A DNA stretch of 64,000 nt from an uncultured Solirubrobacterales bacterium (GTDB lineage: Bacteria > Actinomycetota > Thermoleophilia > Solirubrobacterales > Solirubrobacteraceae). Positions 11,240 to 22,790 of the stretch are shown piece after piece. The notes beneath the pieces were generated by a model, which worked only from the letters and a program-made list of their open reading frames with translations, was not told the origin of the DNA and searched no databases. Each line of letters opens with the position of its first letter. Position 1 is the stretch's first letter. The stretch covers positions 93,266 to 157,265 of the forward strand of contig CAVWMM010000008.1 of NCBI GenBank assembly GCA_963756105.1. Reading direction: 5' to 3'. Position numbers and translations under genes: made by a program.

Positions 11240-12358
11240 ATGGCCGCCCCCGACGAAGTGAGAATCCGCTTATTCCAGCCGGATACGTGGCTCGCGCCGC
11301 TGTTCGCAGAGGCTCAGGCCCGCGTGTCGGAGACGATCGGGCGCGGCGCCTTCATCCTGGGCCCCGAGGTGGAGGCGTTCGAGCAGGAGTTCGCCGCCTA
11401 TCTGGGCGTCGGGCACGTGGTCGGGGTGGCCAACGGAACCGACGCGATCACGATCGCGCTGCGGGCGCTTGGAGTGAGGCCCGGCGACGAGGTCGTGGTG
11501 CCGTCGTTCACGTTTTACGCGAGCGTCGAGGCGGTGATCGCGGCGGGAGCGCGGCCGGTCTTCTGCGACGTCGATCCGCAGACGCGCAACGTGAGCGTGG
11601 CCACCGTCGCGCGCGGCGCTCACCCCTCGGACCAGGGCAATCGTTTCGGTTGACCTGTTCGGCTCGCCGGCTCCCGACCTGCGTTCCCTTGGCGTACCCG
11701 TGCTCGAGGACGCCGCCCAGGCGGCGGGAGCGAGCCTGGATGGCCACCGCGCCGGGGCGCTCGGGGACGTGGCGACGTTCTCGTTCTACCCCTCCAAGAA
11801 CCTCCCCTGCTTCGGCGACGGCGGCGCGATCGCGACGTCCGACGACGGCGTGGCCGAGCGCGCACGCACGCTGCGCTTCCACGGCTCGCGCGACAAGCAG
11901 CGGTTCACGGAGGTGGGCTACAACTCGCGACTTGGACGAGCTGCAGGCCGCGGTCTTGCGCGTGCTCCTGCCCCATCTCGACGGTTGGAGCGAGGGCCGG
12001 CGAACGCGTGGCCGACTGCTACGAGGCTGAAGGGCTGGGGCGCCACGTGGGTCTGCCCGTCGCCCTCGGCGGCGCCGCGCCGGCCTGGCACCTCTACGTG
12101 GTGACGCATCCGCGGGCCGATGCGCTCATCGCCGAGCTCCACGAAATCGGAATCGATGCCCGCAGCTACTACCGAACTCCGACCCACCGCCAGCCGGCGC
12201 TCGCCCCTTACGTTCAGGCGCCGCTCTCGTTACCCGTGACCGACGAGCTCGCCCGGACCAACCTCGCCTTGCCCATGGGCCCGGCGCTGGGGCGCTTCGA
12301 GATCGAAGCGGTCGTGGCGTCGGTGGAGCGAGCCGCCGGGGAGGTTGCCACGACTTAG
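11240..12358 (+). CDS. DegT/DnrJ/EryC1/StrS sugar aminotransferase, frameshifted
   Basis: ILGPEVEAFE, NGTDAI, EDAAQA, FSFYPSKNL, GYNSRLDE and WHLYVV motifs. Confidence 0.9.
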
Positions 12359-12395
12359 CTGCAATTGACCTCCTTCAAACTAGAATCCGCGCAGC

Positions 12396-14453
12396 ATGCG
12401 CCGGCGGATCAGACCCGCGACGGCCTTCCCTGTCCATCGCTATTCGGTACCGCAGCTTCTCGCGGACGGGGTGTTGGTCGCGCTCGCTTACTACCTCGCT
12501 TTCCGGCTGAGGTTCTCAGACGGCTTCTCGGGGAGCGCGCATCGCTACGGCGATCTGCTCTCCACGACGCTCCCGTGGGTGGTCCCGCTCACGCTCGTCG
12601 TGCTCGCTGCCTTCGGCCAGTACCAGCGGCTGTGGACCTTCGTGGGCCAGCGTGACTACGAGGCCGTCGTCAAGGGCATGATCGTGGCCACGCTGGTTGC
12701 GGTGGGCGCGATCGCGCTGCTGCACCCGGTCGTGCAGAACTCTCAGGTCACGCTCCATGGCAGGCTCACGCTTCAGTCCAGCACCGTGAACCCGCCGCCG
12801 AGCGTGATCGCGCTCTTCTTCCTCCTGGCCCTCGCGTTGCTGCTCGGCGTGCGCTTCATCGTGCACCTCGTGGCCGAGGGTCGCGTACGCAGCTTCAGGG
12901 TCGCCAAGGGCGCGCGCGATGTGCTGATCGTCGGCGGCGGCGAGGGCGGCCGTCTGGTCGTGCGCGAGCTCGCGCGCAATCCGGGCCTGCGTCTGCGTCC
13001 CGTCGGCTTCATCGACGACGACCCGCGCAAGCTCGGTCTCAAGGACGAGTACGGACTGCGCGTCGTCGGCACCACCGACGGCGACGACCTCGCGCGCGTG
13101 CTCGACGAGGTCGAGCCCGATGAGGTCGTGATTGCGATTCCCTCAGCGCCGGGCACCCTGCGGGCCAGGGTCGTCGCGGCGTGTCGTGGGCGCGGGATAC
13201 CCGTCCGGACGATGCCCACCGTCTTCGAGCTGCTGCGTGACGGCTCGGGCCACCCCACGGTCACGCGGCAGCTGCGCGAGGTGCAGGTCGAGGACGTGCT
13301 CGGACGCGAGCCGGTGCGAATGGAGCTGGAGCGTGTCGGGACATACCTGGCGGGCCAGGTCGTGCTGGTCACCGGCGCCGGCGGGTCGATCGGCGCGGAG
13401 CTGTGCCGTCAGATCGCGCGCGTGGGGCCGCGGCGGCTCGTGCTCGTCGACCACGCCGAGGACAACCTGTTCGAGATCCTGCGCGAGCTCGAGGAGGACC
13501 GCCACGTGCGCACAGCGCTCCCCGTGTTGGCCGATTGCAAGGAAGAAGAGCGCATGCGCGAGGTGCTCGGGACCTACCGCCCCGCGATCGTCTTTCACGC
13601 CGCCGCCTACAAGCACGTGACGATGACGGAGACCAACCCGGTGGAGGCGGTGCGCAACAACGCGCTCGCCACGCGCGTGGTCGCCCGCGTCGCGGGCGAG
13701 CTCGACGTGGGGCGGTTCGTGCTGATCTCGACCGACAAGGCCGTCAACCCGGCGACGGTGATGGGAGCCTCGAAGGCGCTGGCGGAATGGGCTGTCGAGG
13801 CCGCGGCCGCCAAGTACACGCGGACGGTCTACGCGACTGTCCGCTTCGGCAATGTGCTCGGGTCGTCTGGCTCGGTCGTTCCGATCTTCCGCCGCCAGAT
13901 CTCGGCCGGCGGACCCGTGACCGTCACCGACCCGCGCATGACCCGCTACTTCATGACGATTCCGGAAGCGGTGCAGCTCGTGATTCGCGCCGGGTCGCTC
14001 GGCGGCGAGAGCGGCGAGGTGTTCGTGCTCGAGATGGGCGAGCCCGTCCGGATCATCGAGCTGGCCGAGGCCATGATCAGGCTCTCGGGGCTGGAGCCCG
14101 AGCGCGACATCGCGATCGAGATCATCGGTGCCCGCCCCGGGGAGAAGTTCTACGAGGATTTGTTCAACCCATACGAGCGCCCCCAGCCGACGCCCGCTCA
14201 GAAGATCGTTCGCGCTCAGCGTGAGCGGTTCGACCCCGCGTGGGTGGAGCGCGCATTTGCCGAGGTCAATCTGCTCGTGCTGGAGGGCGACGCCGCGGCC
14301 CTCGCAGACAGAGTCGCGAAGCTCGCCCATGCCCGGAGCTCGGAGACGCTCTCGGTGGACGCCGTTTCAGCGCCTGATGTGCCCGGTGAGGACCTCGCCG
14401 GCGCCGTTTCAGAGGTGCCGCCACACGATCGTGGCCTCCGGAGGCCCACGTAG
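12396..14453 (+). CDS. Membrane-bound UDP-GlcNAc 4,6-dehydratase (CapD/PglF/WbpM type)
   Basis: N-terminal TMs; TGAGGSIG, FHAAAYKHV, ISTDKAVNP, MGASK, VRFGNVLGSSGSV and RPGEK motifs. Confidence 0.93.
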   Translation: MRRRIRPATAFPVHRYSVPQLLADGVLVALAYYLAFRLRFSDGFSGSAHRYGDLLSTTLPWVVPLTLVVLAAFGQYQRLWTFVGQRDYEAVVKGMIVATLVAVGAIALLHPVVQNSQVTLHGRLTLQSSTVNPPPSVIALFFLLALALLLGVRFIVHLVAEGRVRSFRVAKGARDVLIVGGGEGGRLVVRELARNPGLRLRPVGFIDDDPRKLGLKDEYGLRVVGTTDGDDLARVLDEVEPDEVVIAIPSAPGTLRARVVAACRGRGIPVRTMPTVFELLRDGSGHPTVTRQLREVQVEDVLGREPVRMELERVGTYLAGQVVLVTGAGGSIGAELCRQIARVGPRRLVLVDHAEDNLFEILRELEEDRHVRTALPVLADCKEEERMREVLGTYRPAIVFHAAAYKHVTMTETNPVEAVRNNALATRVVARVAGELDVGRFVLISTDKAVNPATVMGASKALAEWAVEAAAAKYTRTVYATVRFGNVLGSSGSVVPIFRRQISAGGPVTVTDPRMTRYFMTIPEAVQLVIRAGSLGGESGEVFVLEMGEPVRIIELAEAMIRLSGLEPERDIAIEIIGARPGEKFYEDLFNPYERPQPTPAQKIVRAQRERFDPAWVERAFAEVNLLVLEGDAAALADRVAKLAHARSSETLSVDAVSAPDVPGEDLAGAVSEVPPHDRGLRRPT

Positions 14454-14470
14454 ACTCACCCGAGCCGAAA

Positions 14471-15628
14471 GTGCCTCTTTCCTTCGCCCTTTCGATCACC
14501 CACTTCGTCTCCTCGGTAGGTGCCGACGCGGGGTTCGCCGCGCTGATCGGCTTGGCGATCCTGGTCCTGCTCTACTTCGCGCACGCGCGGGAGACGTCCA
14601 ATCTCCGCAAGGCGCTGGAGGACGCGAACCAGAGGCTCGCGGACATGGAACGCCGTCTCGCTCCGGCCGTCGGCGCCAGGCAGCCGGTGGGCGCAGCGGA
14701 AGCCGCGAGGCCCGCCGTCGCCCCGGCCCCCGCGACTTCGGCGGTACCAGGGGTCCCCGCGGTCGCGCCGACCGTGGCACCCCGGCCTGTCCCCGCGGCG
14801 CCCGTTGCCGCGCCCGCCGGGGTGGGTGCCCCGCCGCTCAGCGACGCCACTCGAGTCGTGCCGGGAGTCCAGGAGGAGCAGCCCGAGGGGGCTCCGAGCG
14901 ATGGCCACGGGGCCGGTCCGGCGATTCCCGCGGCGCCACCGACCGCCTCCCCTGCGGCGGAAACGAAGCCCTCTCCGCTGACCGCCGGCGCTCCGCTGAC
15001 CGCCGCCGCCTCGCCCGCGGTGGGAAAGACCCCCTCCCCGGTGACGGCCGCGGCGGGTGGCAACGGCTCCTCGGCCGCGCGGTCGGCCGGGGCAGCGGGC
15101 GGTCCGCATTCGCTGCTCGAGCACGGGATCCCCGGCCAGAAGAAACGGACCAAACGCTGGCTGCTACCGGTGCTCGCCCTAGTCGCCGCCGCGATCATCG
15201 CGGCGGTGGTGGTGGTGCTCGTTCTGCGTTCGAGCAGTTCAAATCACGCGACGGCCGCCCACCGACATCACGCGCCGGCGATCGCCGCCGCGCCCCGTAG
15301 CGTCGCCCCGAGCACGGTGACGGTTGCGCTCGTCAACGGGACGAACGTCAACCAGCTGGCCCATCACATCGGCGCCCGTCTGACCAAGCAGGGCTTCAAG
15401 GAGGGGACGCTCGCGACCGCCACCAACCAGACCGGGACCAAGACCACGGTGGGGTACCTACCCGGCCAGCGCGACGAAGCCCTCGCGGTAGCGCATTACC
15501 TGAAGCTGCCGGCCAGTGCCGTCGCCCCCGCCTCCCACGGCAGCGAGGCATTGGTGTGCCCGACCGCGTCGAGCTGCACGGCCGACGTGGTCGTCGTAGT
15601 CGGCTCCAACCTCGCGCCGAAGAGTTAG
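14471..15628 (+). CDS. LytR C-terminal (LytR_C) domain membrane protein with Pro/Ala-rich linker
   Basis: Two TM segments; C-terminal VALVNGT...LA...L...GF...ADVVVVVG pattern. Confidence 0.7.
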   Translation: MPLSFALSITHFVSSVGADAGFAALIGLAILVLLYFAHARETSNLRKALEDANQRLADMERRLAPAVGARQPVGAAEAARPAVAPAPATSAVPGVPAVAPTVAPRPVPAAPVAAPAGVGAPPLSDATRVVPGVQEEQPEGAPSDGHGAGPAIPAAPPTASPAAETKPSPLTAGAPLTAAASPAVGKTPSPVTAAAGGNGSSAARSAGAAGGPHSLLEHGIPGQKKRTKRWLLPVLALVAAAIIAAVVVVLVLRSSSSNHATAAHRHHAPAIAAAPRSVAPSTVTVALVNGTNVNQLAHHIGARLTKQGFKEGTLATATNQTGTKTTVGYLPGQRDEALAVAHYLKLPASAVAPASHGSEALVCPTASSCTADVVVVVGSNLAPKS

Positions 15629-15638
15629 CCCTACAGAG

Positions 15639-16394
15639 GTGGCCGGGTTCCTCGAGCTCCCCAAGCGGAGCGCCAAGCCCCGAGACCAGGGAATCACGCA
15701 CGTGCTCGACCGCGGGCTTTCCGCCGTGGACATAGACAGCATGGTCGAGATTGCCGGCGATGCGATCGACATCGTCAAGCTCGGGTGGGGGACTGCCGTC
15801 GCGACCGGCAACCTGGAGGGCAAGCTCGAGCGCTACCGCCACCACGGCCTGCCCGTAGTCCTTGGCGGGACCTTGACCGAGGTCGCAATCTCCCAGAACA
15901 GGCTCGACGAGCTGGTCGCGTGGGTGCGCGACCTCGGCCTGCGCCACATAGAGATATCGGATGGGACGATCGCGCTCGAGCACCGTCGCAAGGTGGAGCT
16001 GATCGAGCGGCTGTCCGAGGAGTTCACGGTCCTTTCGGAGGTCGGGTCGAAGGACGACACGGGGGCGATCACGCCGCCCTACAGATGGGTCGAGATGATG
16101 CGTGCCGAACTTGCGGCCGGCGCATGGAAGGTGATCGCCGAGGGTCGTGAGGCCGGCACCGCCGGCATCTTCCGGCCCACCGGCGAGGTGCGTGAGGGGC
16201 TGATTGGTGAGGTCGTGCACGAGATCGACCCCGCCAAGATCATGTTTGACGCTCCCAACAAGCACCAGCAGGTGTGGTTTCTGCGCCGCTTCGGATCGGA
16301 GGTCAACCTCTCGAACATCGCGGCCAACGACGTGCTCGGGGTGGAGACGCTGCGTCTCGGACTGCGCTCGGACACGCTCGGCATCGGACAGTGA
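15639..16394 (+). CDS. comA: (2R)-phospho-3-sulfolactate synthase ComA
   Basis: KPRDQGITHVLDRG, IDIVKLGWGT, GGTLTE, EISDGTI, SEVGSK, EGREAG and ETLRLGLRSDT motifs. Confidence 0.92.
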   Translation: MAGFLELPKRSAKPRDQGITHVLDRGLSAVDIDSMVEIAGDAIDIVKLGWGTAVATGNLEGKLERYRHHGLPVVLGGTLTEVAISQNRLDELVAWVRDLGLRHIEISDGTIALEHRRKVELIERLSEEFTVLSEVGSKDDTGAITPPYRWVEMMRAELAAGAWKVIAEGREAGTAGIFRPTGEVREGLIGEVVHEIDPAKIMFDAPNKHQQVWFLRRFGSEVNLSNIAANDVLGVETLRLGLRSDTLGIGQ

Positions 16395-16948
16395 CGGCAC
16401 AGCGCGCGCTCTACCTCGCCCGCCACGGGGAAACCGACGACAACCGCGAGCCGATCCGTGTGCAGGGCTTCACCGATACCCCTCTCAACGACACCGGTCG
16501 CCGTCAGGCGGCGGACCTCGCGGCGCGCGTCGCTCCGTTGGGGCTACGGTCGCTGTGGTCCTCGGATCTCAAGCGCGCGCGAGAGACCGCCGAGACAGTC
16601 GGCGCCGCCCTCGGCCTGGGGGTCCAGCTCGACTCGCGACTGCGCGAAGCCAATCGCGGCAGGTGGGAGGGCCGGCGGTTCATCGACATCGAGCAGGAGT
16701 GCCCAGCGGGCTACGCCGCCTGGCGCCGCGCCGGCGCATCGTTTCGCTTTCCCGGCGGCGAGTCACTGCTCGACCAGTTAGACCGCGTGAGCGCGGCCGT
16801 GGAGGCCATTCGCCGCACGAGCGAGCCTCCGGCGCTAGTGGTCTGCCACGGGGGCTCGATCCGGGTCCTGCTCTGCCAGCGGGACCCCAGGGGGCTCGAC
16901 GCTTTTCACGAGTTCGCGGTTCCAAATGTCGCGGTGATACCGCTGTGA
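16391..16948 (+). CDS. Histidine phosphatase family protein
   Basis: LYLARHGET, SSDLKRARET, FPGGES and VCHGG motifs; GTGA overlap with comA. Confidence 0.9.
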   Translation: MTAQRALYLARHGETDDNREPIRVQGFTDTPLNDTGRRQAADLAARVAPLGLRSLWSSDLKRARETAETVGAALGLGVQLDSRLREANRGRWEGRRFIDIEQECPAGYAAWRRAGASFRFPGGESLLDQLDRVSAAVEAIRRTSEPPALVVCHGGSIRVLLCQRDPRGLDAFHEFAVPNVAVIPL

Positions 16949-17502
16949 CCGTCAGTCGTCCCTCCGGTCGCGCTTCGGCCGGCCGCGCGCGCGGGGGAAG
17001 CTCGCTCGTTGGAAGAGCCGTGTTCGCGGCCCTCGTCGTGGCGACGATCGGCGCCTTCGTCATCAGCCAGCATCTGAAGGTGACAACGCCCTTTATCTCG
17101 GGAGTGATAGGTCCCGTCCCGCCGGTCATCAACCCCGTTGACGGACCCACCGCGTGCCGCGACCCCGCCACGGGCCGAGACGTGAGCGAGCGTTCGACGA
17201 CCGTCTCCTTCTACGTCGTACATCACCCTGACGACGTCAACGTGTACGTCGTCGACCAGTCAGGTTCGACCGTGAGAACGATCGCCAGCGGCGTGTCGAT
17301 GCGCAAGTCCAAGGCGCCGACCCCCCAAGCGTTCCGGGCCGTGACCAGGTACTTCACCTGGAACGGCAGGGACGGGTCGGGCGGCGTGGCCGCTCCCGGC
17401 ACGTACTTCTACCGCGTCTACCTCGTCCACCAGCAGCGGACGATCGAGATCCAGCAGCCGGTGAGGGTTCAGACCGCCGTGCACTGCTCGTGGACTGGAT
17501 AG
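16945..17502 (+). CDS. Membrane-anchored protein with FlgD-like Ig domain
   Basis: N-terminal TM; VRTI...FTWNGRDGSGGVAAPGTYFYRV; GTGA overlap with upstream gene. Confidence 0.6.
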   Translation: MTVSRPSGRASAGRARGGSSLVGRAVFAALVVATIGAFVISQHLKVTTPFISGVIGPVPPVINPVDGPTACRDPATGRDVSERSTTVSFYVVHHPDDVNVYVVDQSGSTVRTIASGVSMRKSKAPTPQAFRAVTRYFTWNGRDGSGGVAAPGTYFYRVYLVHQQRTIEIQQPVRVQTAVHCSWTG

Positions 17503-17583
17503 GCGACCCTCGGGGCAGATCCCGCATCCGCGCGCCGTACCGTTTGCAGCCGTGATGGACACCGCGACCGGTCCGCGAGCGGC

Positions 17584-19063
17584 ATGACCTCATATCTGAA
17601 GCGCCTGGTCAACTCGCTGGCCGCGTACCAGGTCGCGGACCTGGTCTCGAAGCTGATGGCCGTCCTGCTGCTGCCGGTCTACACGCGCTTCATCTCGACC
17701 GCGGGCTACGGAGAGGTGCAGTTGCTCGCCAACGGCGTGATCTTCATCAGCATCCTGGTGCGCTTCGGGATCATCGAGGCGTTTCTGCGGTACTACTTCA
17801 CCGACACCGAACAGGAGCGTCGGGACGCGCTGGCGCGGCGGGCGATCGTCTTTCTGCTGGTGTCAACGACCCTCGCCGCCGGGGCACTCGCGGCGGCGTC
17901 GGTCCCACTCTCACAGCTGATCCTCGGCCATCGCGATCCCCTCACCTTTCTGGTCGCGGTTCTGGGCCTGTGGTCGTTTACGAACCTCGAGCTGGCCTAC
18001 GCGCTGCTGCGCGTGGACGAGCGCCTCAAGGCCTACGCGACCGCCTCGCTGCTGAATGTCGGGCTCACCATCGCCGCCTCGGTGGTGCTCGTGGTGGGGC
18101 TCGGCGACGGCGCGCGCGGCCTGCTCCTGGGCAACTACGGGGCCTCGACCGTGGTCCTGCTGGGGCTGTGGTGGACGATGCGCGCGCGCTTGCGGCCGCG
18201 GAAGATCACGCGTCGAGCCGCTCGGAGTGCTGATGCGCTTCGGGCTGCCGACAGTTCCCGCCGAGGCCTCGGTGTACGCGCTCAGCATCGTCGATCGCGT
18301 CTACATCTACCACGACCGCAGTCCGTCGCTGGCGGGGCTGTACGCGCTCGCGGTCAACGTCGCGGGAGCGGTGGCGTTCATCGTGCGCGCCTTCCAGTAC
18401 GCGTGGCCTCCGCTCGCATACTCGGTCCAGGACGACAACGAGGCCGCTCGGCTGTATGGGCTGGTGACGACGTATTACGCGCTCGTGGCGGGGCTCGTCG
18501 TCGCCGCCCTGGCGCTTGAGGGCAGGTGGGTGCTGCGCGTGCTCGCCGCGCCGAGTTACTTCGGTGCCTACCGCGCGCTCCCGTGGGTCGCGCTGGGCTG
18601 GGCGCTGTACGGTTTCTGGGTCGTGTTCCTGGTGATCGCCGGGCGGGCGAAAGTGACGAGGCTAAACTTCCCCGCGTCGCTCGTGGGGCTGGCCGTGAAC
18701 GTCGTGCTGATCCTCACGCTGGTCCCGACGCTCGGTATCGCCGGGGCGGGCATCGCGCTGTGTGGGGCCTATGTGGTCATGCTCACGGTGATGCACCTGC
18801 TCACCAAGCGGGCGTTCACGGTCGACTTCGAGTGGCGGCGCCTGGCGCAGCTCTGCCTGGTGATGGGCGGGGTGTCGGTCGCCGGTGACCTGCTGCTACC
18901 GACGCACGGCCTGGTCGGATTCGTGACCCGGCTCGCCGCGCTATGCGCGATCCCGCTTTTGCTCGCGGTCACAGGCTTCGCTCACTCCGAGGAACGGCGA
19001 CAGCTGCGCGCGCTGGTGGCGCGCGTGCGGGGGCTTTCGGCGACGCCCGCGGGGGGGAGCTGA
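17584..19063 (+). CDS. Wzx-type oligosaccharide flippase, frameshift near 18210
   Basis: LLLPVYTRFIS..YG and LMRFGLP..IVDR motifs; about 12-14 TMs. Confidence 0.85.
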
Positions 19064-19064
19064 G

Positions 19065-20460
19065 ATGGATCGAGTGCGGCCGGGCGCGAGCACCGACAGC
19101 ACGCAATCGCCGCGGGCGAAGCGCCCCGCGGTGACCGTGGTGATGCCGTTTGGGGGCAAGCAAACGGAGGTCTCCGAGGCGCAAGGCGCGCTTGCCAGCC
19201 TCGAGCTCGGCCCCGAAGATGAGCTCATCCTCGCCGACAACTCCGGCGCCGTCGCCGGCCTGGACGCGGTCAACGTTCTCCCCGCAACTCGCGAGCGCTC
19301 GCCGGCCCACGCACGCAACGCAGGCGCGGCGGCAGCCCGTGGCGAGTGGATCCTGTTCATCGACGCCGACTGCCGCCCGCGTCGAGAGTTGCTCGAGGCC
19401 TATTTCGCCGAGCCGATCGGGGATCAGGTCGGTGCGCTCGCCGGCGAGGTGCGCGGGGTCCCGCTGCCGCCCAACGCGGCGGCGGAGGGTACGGACGGGA
19501 CTCCACCTCGCGCGCCACTGGCCGCGCGCTACGGCGCCGCCAAGAGCTTCCTTTCCCAGCGCCAGCACCTCGCGCATCCTTACCGGCCGCGCGCCGTCGC
19601 AGCCAATCTGCTCGTCCGGCGGGCCGCCTTCGAGCAGGTCGGCGGCTTCTACGAAGGTCTGCGCGCGGCCGAGGACACCGATTTCACCTGGCGGCTCCAG
19701 CAGGCCGGGTGGCGAATCGAGCTACGCCCGGAGGCGTGGGTGGAGCACCGGTACCGCAGCAATCTCGCGGAGCTGCGGCGCCAGTGGCGCGGCTATGCCG
19801 CCGGACGCGCCTGGCTTGCGCGGCGTTACGACGGGTTCACCCCCGAGCCCGCCGTGTCCCGCGCGCTGAGCCGAGTCCGCCGTACGCGTCTATTCGGCGC
19901 GGCCACTGAGCCCGTGACCCCGCGCGCCAAGCCGGCCGCAACCGACGCGGACCGCGTGGAGCGCGGCAAGTACCTGGCGATGGATGCGCTCCTCGCGCTC
20001 GAGGAGCTGGCCGGCTTTGTGCTCTCGAACCGTCCCTCGCAGGGCGAGCCGCAAACCGCGCGGCCCGTGGGTGCGCCCGTGGTCTTCGTCGCCGACCGCT
20101 TCCCGAGCCCCGGCGATCCGCTGATCGAGCTCCCCGAGCAGTCTGGGAGCGAGGGTCGAGGCCGCGGCACGGCCGCAGAGGATTCCTCCCGAGGCTTACG
20201 CGCTGCGCATCGACTATCGCGAGGACGACGGCCTGGCCGAGCACCTGGCGGCAGCTGCGCGTCTGTTCATCGCCCATCCGCTGCGCAGCCTGCGCGACGA
20301 GTTGGGGCGGCGCCCCGGCGAGGCGTCCCTCACGGCCCTGGCACCGGCCGCAAGGCGCCTGCAGCGAGAGCCCGCTGCGAGGGTTCAGCCGCTGGGTGGC
20401 GGCGAGGCCGCGAACGTGGCGCGACGGCTCCAGGCCCTGGCGGGTCGCCGAACCCCGTGA
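19065..20460 (+). CDS. Glycosyltransferase family 2, C-terminal part frameshifted
   Basis: VVMPF, ARNAG, LFIDADC, ANLLVRRAAFEQVGGF and EDTDF motifs. Confidence 0.8.
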
Positions 20461-20497
20461 ATCAGGCGTCCTGTCCCGGCGCGCGGCGCGTTCGCTG

Positions 20498-21656
20498 ATG
20501 CGAGCCCAGGTCGTCGACCCCTCCGCGTACACGCCCCCGTACGACCACGCGCTCTGCGCCGCCCTGGGCCACCTCGGCGTGGACGTCGAGCTCATCACCA
20601 GCCGCTTCCTGCACGGCGACCTCCCGCCTCCCGACGGCTACCGCGTGCGCGAGCTGTTCTACCGGCGCAGCTTCGGCCCTCCAGGGTCCGCGATTCGATC
20701 GCTGAGCAAGCTCGCCGCTCACCCGGCGGGGATGGCGCGGCTGCTCCGGGCCGCGCGCCACGCAGACGTCGTCCATTTCCAGTGGCTCCCCGTGCAGTGG
20801 CTCGACGCACACATGCTCCCTCGGGCTCCACTCGTGCTGACCGCCCACGACCTGCTCCCGCGAGAGGCGCGGCTGGGGCAGGCGGGGGCCCAGCGCCGTC
20901 TCTATGACCGAGTCGGCGCCGTGATCGTCCACTCAGAGCACGGCCGCCGCACGTTGATAGGGCTCGGGGTGGACGCCGCCAAGATCCACGTGGTCCACCA
21001 CGGCGCCTTCTCGCACCTCGCCGAGCCCACCTCCCGCCCGCCGCAATTGCCCTCAGAGCTCGGGGTCGTCGATGGCCCGGTGGTCCTGTTCTTCGGTCTG
21101 CTGCGGCCGTACAAGGGCGTTGAGGTCCTGCTCGAGGCCTGGCGCCGGCTCGGGTCCGCGGCCTGGGGCGCAGCTGTGGATCGTGGGGCGCTCCCGGATG
21201 CCACTGCAACCGCTGCGCCTCCAGGTCGGCCCGGACGTGCGCTTCGTGCCGCGCTTCGTGTCCGAGGACGAGCTGAGGGCGCTGTTTCTCCGTGCAGACC
21301 TGGTGGTCCTGCCCTACCTCCGCACCGAGCGACTTGACCAGTCGGGCGTTCTCGCCACCGCGCTTGCGTTCGGCAAGGCGACAGTCCTCACCAAGGTGGG
21401 CAGCTTTCCCGAAGTGGCCGCCGCGGGCGCCGCGCGACTCGTCGCACCCGGCGACGCGACCGCTCTCGCGGGCGCCCTGGACGAGTTGATGTCCGATCGC
21501 AAGGAGCGCGAACGGCTCGGTGCCGGCGCGCGGCGCGCTGCAGAGCACTCTTACTCGTGGCATCACGCAGCCCTGGCGACGCTGGGCGTGTACGAGCAGG
21601 TCACGGGGATCCGCAGGATCACTCCTGGCGATCCGCCACAATCCCGACCGCGATGA
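20498..21656 (+). CDS. Glycosyltransferase family 4, frameshift near 21160
   Basis: TAHD, FFGLLRPYKG and VVLPY...QSGV motifs. Confidence 0.85.
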
Positions 21657-22790
21657 GCGCGCTTAAGGTCGCTTTCTGGGTCCCTGCCGGCATGCTGTTC
21701 TACAGCCACTTGGGCTACCCCGCGGCCCTCGCCGTGGTCGCACGGTCGCGACGCGGCACCGAGACGGCCCCGCCGGAGCACGCGGAGCTACCGACCGTGT
21801 CGGTGATCGTGCCCGCCTACGCCGAGGAGGCGGTCATCGCGGAGCGGGTGCGAAACCTCCAGGCGCTCTCGTACCCGCGGCAACTGCTCGAGATCATCGT
21901 CGCCTGCGACGGCTCACCCGACCGCACCGCGGCGCGGGCTCGCGAGGCGGGGGCAGACGTCGTCCTGGAGCTGCCGCGTGGGGGCAAGATCCACGCCCAG
22001 GACACGGCCGTGGAGAGGGCGCGGCGGGAGATCGTCGCGTTCTCGGACGCCAACGTGAGCTGGGAGCCCGATGCGCTGCGGGCGCTGGTCGCTCCCGTTC
22101 GCGGACCCTCGGGTGGGCTACGTGTGCGGCGAGGTGCGACTGGTCAACGAGCGCGGGACGAACCAGGAGGGGCTCTACTGGCGCTACGAGATGTCGGTGC
22201 GCGCGCTCGAGTCGCGCCTGCGCTCGGTCACCGGCGGCAACGGCGCGATCTACGCGACCCGGCGGGAGTCCTACCTGCTCGTGGAGCCGATCATGGGCCA
22301 CGATCTCTCCTTCCCTTTCAACATGGTCAAGCGCGGCTGGCTCGCCGTCTACGCGCCGCGGGCACGGGCGATGGAGAAGATGGTGCCCACGATCGAGGGC
22401 GAGTTTGCGCGCAAGCGTCGCATGATGAGCCACACCTGGCCCATCGTGATCCGCGGCGGGCTGCTCTCGCCGCGCGGCTACGACCCCGGCTACGCGTTCA
22501 TGATCTTCTCTCATCGCGTGCTGCGGTATGCCTCGCCCTTCCTTCACGTGGTCGCGCTCGGGGCGAGCCTCGCTCTCGTAATAACGGGGGAAGGCACGGT
22601 TTACGGGGTCGCGGTGGGCGTCCAGGCCGGGATCCTTCTCGCCGCGTTCACCGCCCGCGCGCTACCGCTGCGCCCGCTGCTGGTTTCCCGCTACTACGTG
22701 CTGACGACCGCGTCGCTGGTCAGCGGGCTCTGGGACTGGGTGAGACACGGCACTCCCGCGGGATGGGAACCGGCGGAGGGAACGCGCTAG
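21653..22790 (+). CDS. Glycosyltransferase family 2 (membrane), frameshift near 22095
   Basis: IVPAYAEE, ACDGSPD, FSDAN, EGLYWRYE and GNGAIYA motifs. Confidence 0.85.
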